Source: Eledone cirrhosa
Lineage: Eukaryota
Length of the DNA: 64,000 nucleotides
NCBI GenBank assembly: GCA_964016885.1
Contig: OZ024752.1
Coordinates: 9,920,001-9,984,000, forward strand
Reading direction: 5' to 3'
How positions within the stretch are numbered: position 1 is the first letter of the stretch; each line of letters starts with the position of its first letter. Below, in pieces: positions 39,023 to 56,775 of this stretch. The notes under the pieces were generated by a model, which searched no databases, had not been told where the DNA came from, and saw nothing but the letters and a program-made list of their open reading frames with translations. The translations under genes were made by a program, and so were the position numbers.

Positions 39023-39373
39023 GCGCAAGCGAAGCTCAAGGATGTTAACCCATCATCTTGTTCTGGGTGCCCCGCCGGTGGGATTTGCAGTGAGGATATA
39101 CAATTATTAAAACATGTAACTAAATATTGTACATGGCAGACATTAAGAAATATTTTATATTAATACTATATTGTAACATATTTGAGATGTCAAATATAAC
39201 TTTACTATTTGTTTTCTCTACTCTGTCCGCGAGGGCCCCGAAGCAGCCAGCACCTATAGTGAGAGATGAAGAGAGTGAGAGAGGCGGGGGCAGTGGCTAA
39301 AGCAGCATTGATAAAGTATTTTGTAGAGTTAAATGTGGATACTATTATACATAAACACAGTATATATGATATC

Positions 39374-39556
39374 GACAGTCGAGCGACTTTCGTCTAATCG
39401 GACCGAGGAAACAATGTTTCCGTTGGTCTTTCCGTTGGTAGAAGAAGCAACGTGAAATAAAGTGTCTTCCTCAAGGACATAACGCATCACTCGGTACGGG
39501 AATCGAACTGACAGCCTGAAGATTGCCAATGCAATTCTCTAACCACGCGCCTTCAC
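39374..39556 (-). mobile_element. CORE-type SINE
   Basis: Reverse-complement consensus ending cgcgccttcac. Confidence 0.85.
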
Positions 39557-40523
39557 GTATATACAATAATCCCTTTAAAATCAAAGCAATTACGGTAAAT
39601 TACGATAATTGTAAAGCTTCTTATAAAAACAAAATGCCAATGAAGATGAAGATTAGAAAAAGTCAGAAACCAGACACTTTCTTATAATTGCTTCTACTTA
39701 TTTTCTTTCTTTTTTTTCTTATTATGAAAACAGCACAGCATGCTGAATTACGCTGCTAAAACTTTACAACACAAAATGAATTTAACTATAGCAGACTGTA
39801 TGTTACAGACAAGCTTATCTCTGCTCCTGTAAGCACCACAGGGTTAACATCAACCATTGGTATTACCGTTCGTTCATATTCGTATTATAGTATCTAATGA
39901 ATCTTGTGATAGTAAATGTATTGGCAATCGACCTTGACTTGTTAAGCATTAGCCTAACATATAGATAATACAGGCTTATACGATCGGAGGTAATATGCTA
40001 TTTACATTTATTATATAAAGGTAGGTCTTATATAAGATAAAATATTGTAATTGAAATCTGTCTCACATTTAACAAAAACAAAATACCTACCGGCAAGTGT
40101 TAACATCAACCAAATAAAAGTTGAATTTATTTCAAGAATATATGAATTCGTCTCTCAAAGGTAATTTACATGCTGAGGAGAAGGAATGTCTAATCTTTGT
40201 TTAAAGGGTAATTAATGTTACAGTTTGCAGTAAAAACAAATACCACACTGAGAAACGATTAAATAAATATCAACGAAAAGCCATATTATGAGCCAAAGGC
40301 AAAAGTAAATATCAGTGTTTAGAAAAAGCACACCAAAGCTCTCACGCAGAGGAAAGCAGCGCGAGGCGATATATAGGAAGAAACTTGATCAACACTCAAT
40401 TAAACGAATTAAATTCGTTTTCTCATAGTGGCATATATTAATTAGATTTTGAAGGAGATGTGTGCGGAATGAATCGACAATATTCAGAATTCTTATATGA
40501 CAGATAATGTATCATTATTTTCC

Positions 40524-41055
40524 AGCCGAGGTTAACTTTGCCTTTCATCCTTCCGGGGTCGATAAAATAAAGTACCAGTAATGCACTGGTTATTTGCTGG
40601 CCTTGTGACAAAAGTAGAAACAATTATTTTCCATTTCATTACAATACGTCATTTGTGGATTGGCATTGGCAGTATTGGTAGAGAGTCAGACGCCATGCTT
40701 TGAAGCATAGAGTTACGTCCCTTTATGATCTGAGTTCAAATCCTGCCGAGGTTAACTTTGCCTTTCATCCTTACGGGGTCGATAAAATAAAGTACCAGTA
40801 ATGTACTGGGTATTAGCTGGCCTTGTGCCAAAAATAGAAACAATTATTTTCCATTTCATTAGAATACGTCATTTGTGGATTGGCAATATCTTTAAAGCGT
40901 CCGACAACGTGCTTTATGTCATAGAGTTGACGCCGTTTACGTTCTGAGTTAAAATCCCGCCGATGTTAGCTTTGCCTTTCATTGTTACTGTGCCGTTAAA
41001 ATAACGTACCATAACGTATCGGGGTTGATTTAATCTACTTCCCCTTCTCTCCCAA
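40524..41055 (+). mobile_element. Tandem Meta-type SINE array (3 units)
   Basis: Units are joined by the repeated linker ttttccatttcatta.aatacgtcatttgtggattggca. Confidence 0.85.
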
Positions 41056-41459
41056 AACATCAATTGCCCCCAAACTGCCTACAGTTTCTGTTGCAACTTG
41101 TTGCATATGTGGTGTAATGCATAACTGCATATTTACAGTAAGTAGAAAAGCAATGTGGTAGTTTCAAGTTCGTGACAAGATAGCATAACAGGGATGTTAT
41201 ATAGACCAGCGCAGAGTTTGTGTATATCCATGACTAGTAAATAAGTATAACATTTATGAACTTCACATGGATATATATTAGTAAGCCAGCTATTGAAAAT
41301 GATTCTATCGCTGGAAAATATTAAGAATATTTACAAACTTCACCAACCAAGTAATTTAAAAGAAAATTAAACTAGGAAAATAAACTATTTGTAATATATC
41401 GATACACTGAAGACGAGAGATAATATATTGTTATTTTCCATTGCATTGCAATAAGCCAT

Positions 41460-42390
41460 TTGTGGATTGGCAGTATCGTTAACTGCTTTATGTTAAACGT
41501 GGTCTATGCCATAGAGTTGCCTTCGTTTAAGTTCTGAGTTCAAATTTCGCCGATGTTATCTTGGCCTTTCATCCATACTTCTTCTTTTCGTATCTTCAAA
41601 GCATGTGGTTATATGACAGTTTCCCATTTCTTTACACAGTCCTTTGCATTATTATTAAATTCTGCGAGATCTTTTAAGCTGCACTGGTTGGGTAGTGGAG
41701 GGCAAACAAGGCGGTTCTGCATCGTATGGCCCTCCTCTCCGCATTCGCAGATGTACTGTGTCGTTAAAACAACGTACCATAACGCATTGGGTTCGATTTA
41801 ATCGACTTACCCTTCCCTTCTAAAATTGCTGGCCTTGGGCCGAACTCAGAAACCGTTATTTTGTAGCAGGTGCGGTAGAGAGTCGGACATCTTGCTTCAC
41901 AGCATAGAGTTACGGCCCTCGCCATTCTGTGTTCACATCCCACCGAGGTTAACTCTGCCTTTCATCCTTACGGGGCCGATAAAATAATGTACCAGTAATA
42001 CACTGGATAAATGCTGGCCTTGTGCCAAAAGTAGAAACAATTATTTTGTTACGTAGAGATACGTTCCTTTACGTTCTGAGTTCAAATCCCGCCGATGATA
42101 GCTTTGCCTTTCATCCCTACTGTGTCGTTAAAACAGCGTACCATAACGTATTGGGGTCCATTTAATAGACTTACCCTTCTCTCCTAAAATTGCTGACCTT
42201 GTGCCTAAATCAGAAACCATTATTTGTCTACGGCCCTTTACGTTCCGTGTTCAAATCCCGCCTATGTTAGCTTTACCTTCGATCATTACGGGATCATTAA
42301 CATAGAGTACCAGTAACGCACTGGGGTCGATTTCATCGTTGGCCCCTCTCCCAAACATTGTTACTCTTGTGCCTAAACCAGAAATCATTA
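41460..42390 (+). mobile_element. Tandem Meta-type SINE array (4 units)
   Basis: Consensus is repeated. The first unit is interrupted at 41580-41753. Confidence 0.85.
41580..41753 (-). mobile_element. Vingi/Ingi-like LINE 3' end inserted in a SINE
   Basis: Minus strand reads ICECGEEGHTMQNRLVCPPLPNQCSLKDLAEFNNNAKDCVKKWETVI*, then gatacgaaaagaaga. TACT direct repeats flank it. Confidence 0.75.
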
Positions 42391-42724
42391 TGATTTACCA
42401 TTGTATTTACTTTCCCTATGTATCCATTTTTTATATTAGATATTAGACAGCTAAATACCACCATACATGTTTCTATCTAAGAGCCGTAATAATTATATTT
42501 TAGAAAATACGTCAAGTGAAACAAGAATTTCTTGTTTTAGATATTAATGATTAGTTAACCTATTGTATTCCTAAGCTGAGAGCGCCCTCTAGTTGTAGTA
42601 ACGCAAGTCCTCGTAAACTTCTCAGTAAATGTCGTCGCTAAGACGTGTCATTTCTCAGACACTGACAATCGTAAATGAAGCGATAACAAAGAAAGGAGTA
42701 GCATTTATGATTGACTGCACACTA

Positions 42725-43911
<1,187 letters not shown>

Positions 43912-44334
43912 ATTTATGTACATATACACATTCATATTTACATACATATATATTCACACCCATACATGCACACGCACACATTATATATATGTGTATATAA
44001 ATGTGTGTGTGTGTATTTATGTATGTATGGTTATTGGAGGTGTTAATGGGAAAATACAGCGACATTGTTTATTAGCAATGTAGAACAAGTATTAGGTTTT
44101 AAGCTCAAACATCGGAAATCTTTATTTGACTTTTCTCCTTTCCAATATTTCAACGATAAAGAAATATAAAACATGACATCCATATTTAAAATAAAGATGT
44201 AGTTTTAATATAGGAATATTTCAGCTAGCTTTTGCTTTTGTAATATTGAATAAAAAATCTAAATATTTAACCAAATAAAGCAAACATGTTGTGGAATGGT
44301 GAATAGTTGTTGGCTATAAATAGTTTTGATTTAT

Positions 44335-44522
44335 GCACAGCACCAAACATTTTAGGGGTGAGGAAACTCGATGAAATAGATCCCAGTATTCTACTGGTTC
44401 ATTGTCGACCCCATAAGAAAGAAAGGCAAAGGTAACTTCGGTGGGATTTGACCTCACAACATAGATGATGGTAACTATGCTGCAGAACCTGTTGTCCCAC
44501 GCTCAATACTGCTAATCCAACG
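44335..44522 (-). mobile_element. Diverged Meta-type SINE
   Basis: gtcgaccccataagaaagaaaggcaaaggtaacttcggtgggatttgacctca. Confidence 0.7.
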
Positions 44523-45585
44523 CCCTATTGTTGGCTATAGTTCAATATAAATTTAGCAAAAGAGAAAGAGTGGGAATTCGACCGAAGATGATCTGCATAT
44601 TATATCGTTTAATGAAAAAGGGACAATTAACTGTACGAATGTGTGGAGAAAACTAAAGGAAAGGACATATAGATGAGCATATAAAGAAATCGAATATTTT
44701 CGACATGAGGCCCGTTACAAATCAGGCAGGTACATCCTATAGGAGACTGACAAAAGTACATGATGTCAGAGATACCTTGGTCATTTTGTTAAGCGCTTTA
44801 TTTACGGGATTGATAAACATATCAATTTAATACAGGGACGAAAAGCAGTATACAAATGAGAAACCCACGGAAGGATAACGAAGTAAAGTTAGCTTAAAAA
44901 GTCACTACAGATGAAATACGATGTTTGATACACTCACACTAAAGCTTGGCGTCAATCAGTTTTAATTCGCTCGTTTTTTCAATGTCTAAACAGACAGTTC
45001 GCCCACAGAGAAAAGAGGTGATTGACAGAACCATTATACAGTTTTCATTCTAGCTGACAGTCGAAGGAAACAATTAACCGTCCAAAAGAACATACATTAC
45101 TTTGTTTTACAGATTGAAATAAAACAAAACATATATCAGAAAGATTTCACTCTTAATCACATCAAAATCACATGACAATGAGAGATCAGGTATGAATACA
45201 GATATTTAATACCTTAGCTTAGAAAAGATGTTACAGAATTATCTATACTTGGGGAGGCTTTTTCCTGTCAGAAAATTGTTCTCTAGCCCCGATCAGCCTT
45301 CGTGATGGTTATTACACTGCGTTAATCTCCTATAATGGGGATGACAATATCGACAATATACGACAAAGCCAGCCTTGCCAATTCATAATTTTGTTTAACA
45401 GATTGAGCTCTACCTTAATATTACTTACTAAACTGATGAATTCAGTGTTTGGCTGGTTCATGAAAATTGGCACTCCTGTAATATAGATAATACTACACTG
45501 GCAACTGAATTATTCAAGCTTAGTTGGCAACCAATACAAAAAGGAATCTGATATTGATTCGTGGTCCCCATAAATAAACAGGATT

Positions 45586-45617
<32 letters not shown>

Positions 45618-45631
45618 TTATATATATATAT

Positions 45632-45929
45632 AATAAGGAAATACAAAGTAGTTTAGATGTTAAAGTTCTTTATTGATAACACCGTGATACATATTTCGAT
45701 GACGTCAGTGGCCACGTGATTCCGCGTAGTAGTCAGTGCCATGATCTCATCAAACAGCTTCTTACATAATAAGGTTACAATCTAGGAGGTAATCCAAAAT
45801 TGGAGTCAGAAGGGAACGGACGAACTCGAAGTTCATGAGACGAATGCCCGTCACCCTGAGGTCATCGAAATATGTACCACGGACTTATAAAAGGTCTTTA
45901 ATATCTAAACTACTTTGTATTTTCTTATG
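45632..45929. mobile_element. Fold-back element with degenerate HHR motifs in both arms
   Basis: Ends ataag.aaatacaaagtagtttagat and atctaaactactttgtattttcttat. Both strands carry gtcatc-GAAA-tatg-TA-.cacgg, and the minus strand has TTGATGA. Confidence 0.75.
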
Positions 45930-45961
45930 TATATATATATATATATATAAATATAAATATA

Positions 45962-46036
<75 letters not shown>

Positions 46037-46055
46037 GAATATATATATATATATA

Positions 46056-46089
<34 letters not shown>

Positions 46090-46101
46090 TATATATATAT
46101 A

Positions 46102-46195
<94 letters not shown>

Positions 46196-46326
46196 TATAT
46201 ATATTCATATATATATTCATATATTCATATATATATTCATATATATATATATATTCATATATATATATATATTCATATATATATATATATTCATATTATA
46301 TATATATTCATATATATATATATATA

Positions 46327-46372
<46 letters not shown>

Positions 46373-46582
46373 TATATATATATTCATATATATATATATA
46401 TGAATATATATATATATATATATATATGAATATATGTATATATAAATATATATATATATATATGAATATATATATATATGAATATATATATATATATATA
46501 AATATATATATATATAAATATAATATATATATATATAAATATATATATATATGAATATATATATATATATATATGAATATAT

Positions 46583-46616
<34 letters not shown>

Positions 46617-46770
46617 GAATATATATATATATATGAATATCATATATATATGAATATATATATATATATGAATATATATATATATATGAATATATATATA
46701 TATATATATATATATGAATATATATATATATATATATGAATATATATATATATATGAATATATATATATA

Positions 46771-46841
<71 letters not shown>

Positions 46842-46960
46842 GAATACATATATATATATGCATATATATATATATATATATATATGAATACCTATATATA
46901 TATGCTTATATATATATACATGAATATATATATATATATATATATTCATATATATAATAT
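45930..46960. repeat. (TA)n tract with atgaat/attcat interruptions
   Basis: Directly visible. Confidence 0.95.
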
Positions 46961-46993
46961 ATAAGATCAAAAGATGGTTAAAAGAGTTCCATG

Positions 46994-47064
46994 TATTTTA
47001 TTATGCGCATTTCAAAGACAAATATCATCATGCGATGACATTTGCGTTTTCGTCAGATAAAATA
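46994..47064 (-). ncRNA. Type-I hammerhead ribozyme
   Basis: tattttat-CTGACGA-aaacgcaaatgtcatcgcatgatgatatttgtcttt-GAAA-TGCGCA-TA-ataaaata, with a perfect 8-bp stem I. Confidence 0.85.
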
Positions 47065-47147
47065 TGCAGACATGATATGAAGGTTAAAAAACACTTGTGA
47101 ATAGTGCAGTTTTCACAAGTGTTTTTAACCTTCATATCATATCTCCC

Positions 47148-47218
47148 TATTCTATCTGACGAAAACGCAAATATCATTGCATCATGATATTTGTTTTTGA
47201 AATGCGCATAATAAAATA
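47148..47218 (+). ncRNA. Type-I hammerhead ribozyme
   Basis: tattctat-CTGACGA-aaacGCAAATATCAttgcatcaTGATATTTGTtttt-GAAA-TGCGCA-TA-ataaaata. Confidence 0.85.
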
Positions 47219-47346
47219 CATGGAACTCCTTTAACCATCTTTTGATCTTATATATTATTTATACTCCAGCCCTACAAACTGTAGAGTGCGACTTATCCGA
47301 TATCTGCATTGCTCTATTGTACTACAGTAAAACTCACCTCCTACAT

Positions 47347-47464
<118 letters not shown>

Positions 47465-47822
47465 GAGTGTGTATGTGCAAGTGTATCTGTGAGTATGTGT
47501 GCGTAAATATCAACCAGTTATTTGAAAATTAATCAAACTGTCTTCAAGTTACAAAACTTGAAACATACAGAAGAGTTCCAGCCCGCATTTACACATATAT
47601 TAATAATAAATAGAAACAGTACATGAAAATACAGATTACATGAAAAACAGCAACTTAATCAATAGGAAAAATGGAAGTCAATATTAAACTGTAGGATTTC
47701 TTGTGTCGTAATCAGTTGTCTGTAAAATGTAAAATTCTATGTATGGCAATTTAATATATTCTCTGCCTTACAAATAAGAATTATACATATAATTGAAAGC
47801 TCTCAATATAAGCATAGATATA

Positions 47823-47923
47823 AAGGTTGTCCCCCAAAAATGTATACACAATTTAATTACATTTACATGCAATATTTATTAAAATGCTGCTGAAGTGTGA
47901 TTACATTTTTCAGGGACACCTTC
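47823..47923. mobile_element. Tc1/mariner-type MITE (older relative of 11992-12069)
   Basis: aaggttgtcccccaaaaatgtatacac ... tacatttttcagggacacctt. Confidence 0.7.
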
Positions 47924-48295
47924 TATATAAAAGATCTCAATGAAACGCCCATTCAATACATTTATAATCTGTAGAATTTATATAATATAATACTAACAAT
48001 AAATACAATTTTGTATATCAATATATTTTGAATAGTATTCTTTTAAAACTATTTCTCACTATTTAATCCGTTCTACTCAGAGTTAATCCTTAGATAATAA
48101 AAAAAAGTATGTTAGTTATTATTTAAAGTATCGTTAATTTAATTTTACATAAAACTTAAGAATACATATCAATGACGAAAATACAAAATACAAAGTCACG
48201 GATTAATACACGGATTAATAAAATGAAATATAATTCTAACTGCTTTGAGTTTGTTGAATATGCGGTTGGTGTGTTATTAATAGAAGTTACTAGGC

Positions 48296-48445
48296 CGGTG
48301 GGTTGGTAGTATCGGTAGAGGGTCGGACCCCATGCTTTGCAGTATAGAGTTACGGCCCTTTATGATCTGAGTTCAAATCCTGCCGAGGTTAAGTTTGCCG
48401 TTCATCCTTACGGGGTTGATAAAATAACGTACCAGTCACGCACTG
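48296..48445 (+). mobile_element. Meta-type SINE
   Basis: Consensus match. Confidence 0.85.
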
Positions 48446-48527
48446 TGCCTATATAAGAAACCATTAATAGAAGTCGCTGTTTCCATTTTGGTTATTACCG
48501 ATATTTTGAAAACTATATATAAGAGAG

Positions 48528-48581
<54 letters not shown>

Positions 48582-48929
48582 CAAGGAGCTCGCTGGCGAA
48601 AAAATAATAAAACGAGTTCAAGCCGCCCCCCCCCCCCCCCCCATATCATGAAAAGAAAATCCTTTTTCGGGGAAATTATTAAATTGTTCCAAATTTAAAG
48701 ATTGCTTAGGAACTTTCTTTGTTTATTTTAGGTTTTGCCGTCTGAAGAGCTCATACTAATTGATAGTCCTCAGTGAAATCTGTACACACACACACACGCA
48801 CACACACATACACACACATACACACACATACACACACACATATACATATATATATATATACAATATAACAATATATGTCTCAACAGATGTTTTCAGGTAA
48901 GAAATCTAGAAAACAAATTCAATTACGAA

Positions 48930-49010
<81 letters not shown>

Positions 49011-49774
49011 CGAATAATGGTAATTAAGACATGATTAATTCACCATAATTGTTTATGGCACGATATACATTTCTGTTACATGGTTATTTATGTGACATCG
49101 TCAGATGCTTACGTATTCATAGGTACAGTTATGTAATCATTGTTATATGCACGTCCATCCTGTAATATATATGTATATATTACACAGCACACACACATAT
49201 ATATATATATCGATATATAGCCGATGAAATGATCAAGGCAAGATCAGAGAGGCAAAAAGAGAAAGTCTTATTAGTACCACCATTTAAACAATAAATGTTA
49301 TCGAGTTAACAATCTTGACTATTAAGAATATTAAAAGTTAATGCTTTCAACTGGCAGGTTTTATTAGTGTAAGGATCTAAATTAAAAATAATCCAAGTTG
49401 AGCGTATAAGCTCCTCAAGTCTAAGTCATCCTGGGCTATTGGGACTCACAATTGCAGTGTTGATGCGAAATCAGCTTTAAAATTGTTTATATCGTGTTTA
49501 GCGTGTTGTTGTGTAAATGTTTGGTTATTACTAATGATTCTTTTGATGAAGTTAGATGGGATTATATGGGGGGCAGCTGCACAATCTTTACTTGCTGTGA
49601 ATGTAAAAGCGTGGATTGGAAATAACTTTAGTGTAAATGCAAAATTTAGAGAGGAAAAGGGATTTGATGATTGCTTCTCATTTACATACATACATGCACA
49701 CACATACACATATATATATATATACACCTATATACCCAACTATCGTTCTAATATTCTATACCCTGGTCTCACGT

Positions 49775-49814
<40 letters not shown>

Positions 49815-49836
49815 TCTATAAATATATATATATATA

Positions 49837-50028
49837 TGAAAACGTATAACCCCGATGGCAGAGCTCAAGCCGTTTCGACGGCTATTTCTGGACTAGAAAT
49901 AGCCGTCGAAACGGCTTGAGCTCTGCTGTTGGGTCATACTTTTTCCAATTTCCCACTCTACTAGCCTAAGTATTGAGTACTCTGGTGCGTTATGGTACAT
50001 CTGGTTCCTTACCACAATTCCTTTGTTA
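49837..50028 (+). mobile_element. 'cggc' family fold-back element plus tail
   Basis: Inverted repeat 49837-49945, then tail cactc...gtattgagtactctggtgcg. Confidence 0.85.
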
Positions 50029-50547
50029 TATATATATTTATATTTGTGCCTGCGTGTGTGGTTGCGTATGTGCGTGTCTGTGCATGTGTAACTGTATGAG
50101 TATGTGCGTGTTTAACTTGACTATTTTAATGTCGAATTTCTGCAGGTGGAAATTGCAAGCGGTTTTGGTATTACAGAGTCCCCCATGTCTACCTAAAACC
50201 TATTATCCCTATATCTGTTCGCTATAGTAACGGCAATATGTGTTTACATGAACCACTATCTCACCTTTCCAGTCATAATTATCTGTAGGGAAATTAGCTT
50301 CTGTACCATAACTATGAAGGATGTTTCACATAAAATTAGTTGCAAGTAAGAAAATCGATACGAAATACTCGATTGCATAGAGGAAACATTGAGAAATTTC
50401 AAAGTTAAAATCGAGTTACAACTGCAAATATAGAAATACTTGTTTTCAAAAGCCATGTTATATTTATCAGGTTTAAAATATGCACGCACACAACCATGCT
50501 CACACGCAGACATAGACTTGCATACAGACAGAAACACACACAATCAC

Positions 50548-50618
<71 letters not shown>

Positions 50619-50654
50619 GATATATATATATATACGAATATATATATATATATA

Positions 50655-50688
<34 letters not shown>

Positions 50689-50714
50689 GATATATATATA
50701 TATATATATATATA

Positions 50715-50771
<57 letters not shown>

Positions 50772-50857
50772 AGGTGAAATTGGAGATAGCATGGAAAATA
50801 TATTTAAGGATCTGTCATTATTGAAAACATGAGAGGGGAAATTCCTTTAAAAAAGTA

Positions 50858-52880
<2,023 letters not shown>

Positions 52881-53293
52881 GGGGTGGGTGCGGATAGAAA
52901 GTGCTTAAATTGTAAAGAGATTTAAATACCACCAGAGGTATTCTGGGGAATATTCTTTTTACAGTTTCCTATCTCTCTGGGAAATATCTACGAATGTGAA
53001 TGAGTGAATGATTGGAGATCCGTCTGTTTCGAAGATGACTGTTTAACCTGCAGCTGATGTGTCTAAGGAATGGTTCTCTTCTGACATAAATGTACAAATC
53101 TCAACGGAAATCCAACCAATATGTGGTACAATCTGTGACACGACATAGCCGATTAATTAAGAGTAACAATCCAAGAGACGTGATTATAAATTGTTTCCAT
53201 GACTCCGTTTTATTAAACATCATTAGTTGACTCGAGATCCTGATAAACAATAGTCGACCCCCCCCCCCCCCACATATATATATACAGAGACAG

Positions 53294-53467
53294 AGATGAG
53301 ATTTTACAGGACTAGAACTGTTTCATTCTTTAGAAATCATCAGGATTCCTGATGATTTCTAAAGAATGAAACAGTTCTAGTCCTGTAGAATCTCATCTAT
53401 ATTAAAACTGTTATACTCTGCTATGTATTGAGTACCTTACTTACTGTGGTTACCTCCAGAATAACGT
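53294..53467 (+). mobile_element. Fold-back element made of two back-to-back HHRs plus a tail
   Basis: Palindrome 53294-53398 centred at 53346. Tail TACTC (53414)...GAGTA (53430), ending at (TA)n. Confidence 0.9.
53344..53392 (+). ncRNA. Type-I hammerhead ribozyme (mirror copy on the minus strand, 53300-53348)
   Basis: gattc-CTGATGA-tTTCTaaAGAAt-GAAA-CAG-ttctagtc-CTG-TA-gaatc. Confidence 0.85.
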
Positions 53468-53490
53468 ATATATATATATATATATATATA

Positions 53491-53598
53491 AACAGGGTGT
53501 GGTAAGACTGCAGGTGGACCACAATGCACCAGAGTACTCAATGTCTTGGGTAGTAGAGTGACTGATAGGAAAAATGACAGGACCCCGACGGCAGAGCT
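53491..53598 (-). mobile_element. 'cggc' family tail plus partial arm
   Basis: gtgtggtaag...caccagagtactcaat...ggtagtagagtg...accccgacggcagagct. Confidence 0.8.
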
Positions 53599-53639
53599 AT
53601 ATATATATATATATATATACATTAATTTTAATGTAGATG

Positions 53640-53780
53640 TACAGAAGAAATCACCAGGAAAGCTTTCTAGACAATTTCCTCTGAATGAAACAGTTCTAAT
53701 CCTGTAGGATTATTTCTATATATTACTTGATATTTACGCACTACTAAAGTATTGAGTACTTTAGTAACTGTTAACACTGA
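53640..53780 (+). mobile_element. Degenerate copy of the 53294 HHR family
   Basis: gaatgaaacagttctaatcctgtag...gtattgagtact. Confidence 0.7.
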
Positions 53781-54760
53781 GAGCCTCATAGTAACTACTA
53801 AGGAAGCTTCCCTAACAAAAGGTGTATAATACAAGATACTATAGCATCATTTAGTGAATGGATTCTAGGACTTGCAGTAGTTTCTGCGAAATTCTCTCGG
53901 TAACATATTGGAGTAATTTGCCAAGTTATTTCCATCTACTGTTTTAACTAGATAGCTTACACATACGCTTTATGGTTATGTACACTACACCAGCCAACAT
54001 TTATCCTTCATTATCCTGTACATTTATATTAATATAAGTAACTTAACGCGAAATAAAAGAATACCGCGTATAAAATGGTTAATACCAAAGAGATGTTTAA
54101 ATGGAGAAGAGATCTTCACTACGGAGATTGTATCTGAATTATGCTTAATAAGTCTATAAAGAAATACTTCGTAGAATATGTAAATCAGGGAACATACTGC
54201 TAATCAATCATTATTCAAATTCGTCAAAAAGGTAATGTTTCTTGGGTTGAATATTTCTGATATCGTCAATAAGAAAAACGGAGTTCCGTTTGAAGAAGCC
54301 GCTGCTTTTTCACCTGCTATTCAAATATATGCCCTATGTTCATATATACAATACTTCCGTTCTGTACACAAAGGCAAACATTTAGCAATCCGTACATGAA
54401 AACCTTCAATCGTTTCCTAGCATATTAATTTGGAAGTTCATTTATTATGCGTTATAATTCTTTTATTTTGGTAAATTCGACATTTACGTGACGTTGATAT
54501 TTTAATGGAAATGAGAAAAAGAAAATTCTTACATATAATATAAACATTAAATGTTAAAATAGAGTGATTAATATATTGCCCTTAATCTATTTGTTAGAAG
54601 ATATCAAAGAAGGAAATTTAAATTCAACATTCAAAATATTCCAAAACACAGAATGCTACCAAGAATTTGAAAACCCGCCCGCAAACCACACACATTAGCA
54701 CACACAAACTCACTCTCTCTCTCTCACACACAGACACTTATATATATATATACACAACAC

Positions 54761-54867
<107 letters not shown>

Positions 54868-54898
54868 TAAATATATATATACACACACACATATATAT

Positions 54899-54946
<48 letters not shown>

Positions 54947-55004
54947 GCATATATATGTATATATATACACATACACACATATATATATATATATACACAC
55001 ACAC

Positions 55005-55049
<45 letters not shown>

Positions 55050-55106
55050 CACACACACACATATATATATACACACACACACATATATATATATATACAC
55101 ACACAC

Positions 55107-55177
<71 letters not shown>

Positions 55178-55242
55178 TAAATATTTCGTTTCTGAATTTG
55201 TTTAGCAAGATTCTTTATATCAAAACGTGTGTTGAAACCGAT

Positions 55243-55345
55243 ATTGTTATACTTTGGGAGGGTCATGTTGCCAATAAATTGAAGTGAACGCAACTGGTGC
55301 GTGTGTTTCTTATTGGCCACATGACCCTCCCAAAGTATAACAATA
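55243..55345. repeat. Fold-back copy of the 25855-family tail
   Basis: attgttatactttgggagggtcatgttgccaataa ... ttattggccacatgaccctcccaaagtataacaat. Confidence 0.85.
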
Positions 55346-55545
55346 TATATAAATATATATTTATATATGCACATATTACATATTTAGCATTTATATATAT
55401 CTATACATAAATACATTATATACGTCATATATATATATATAATGATGTATATATATATATATATGTATATTTATATATATATATATATTATATATATATA
55501 TTATATATATATTATATATATATATATATATTATATATATTATAC

Positions 55546-55577
<32 letters not shown>

Positions 55578-55762
55578 ATTATATATATATTATATATATA
55601 TTATATATATATTATATATATTATATAAATATATATATTATATATATTATACATATATATATATATATTATATATATTATATATATATTATATATATTAT
55701 ATATATATATATATTATACATATATATATATATATTATATATATTATATATATATATATATA

Positions 55763-55812
<50 letters not shown>

Positions 55813-55845
55813 ATGCATTTATATATATTCATACATACATTATAT

Positions 55846-55895
<50 letters not shown>

Positions 55896-56722
55896 CATAT
55901 ATATATATAAATGAATGCATTTCTATATATTTATACATACATAAATTATATACTTAAAATACACATATATATATAAATATATATATGCTTATATATGCTT
56001 ATTCTGTATTTGTGAAACAAATAAATACTTCATATAACTGTCAAATATTCTGCAGAAATGACAGTTAATATTATATTACAGAAATATGGATAACGATTCA
56101 ATACAAATCTGTTGTAAGTGCTTGAGTAAGGAACAGAGAATTGAAGATAAATTTGACAGGTATTTTTAAGATCAATATATCTAAAAAAGATGACAATGAA
56201 TATTATGATCAATGGAGAATATAAAAACTATTTGGCTAACAAAGGAATTATTTTTGATATTCCAATTCTTTTATTAAAACACATTAACCTATTCTTTAAT
56301 GAGAAATTTTTCTCATAAACACAATAGCTTCTTGAAGTACATAATATGTGTTATGTTTGTCGGCAGCCAATTATTATATTAACCACTTCCAAGAAACTTA
56401 AACTTAGATGGTATGTACTTTATAGTACATTTCGAAATTTCTAAACCAAATTCATAATGTTACTATATATCTCTCTCTGTGTTTCTCTCACAACTACACA
56501 CACACACACACACACACACTATACCCGCGCGTGCGCGCACACACACATATACATATAATGTGAAATGACAGGAGGCGAAATATATACATATATATATACT
56601 CGGTTCCCGCACCACCAACGTGATTCAACATAGAAAATGGATGAATTGCATAATGTCGAATGCTTTTCTCGTATTACGTCATGATTAACATTACAGAACA
56701 ATTCTACCCAGTGGTAAAATAC

Positions 56723-56775
<53 letters not shown>

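Noticed and set aside
48735-48790. HHR-like CTGAAGA...GAAA (also 57195-57295)
   Set aside because: Stems I and III pair too poorly to support a call.
49446-49821. Overlapping ORFs on both strands
   Set aside because: There is no recognisable domain, both run into microsatellite, and there are no convincing splice sites.
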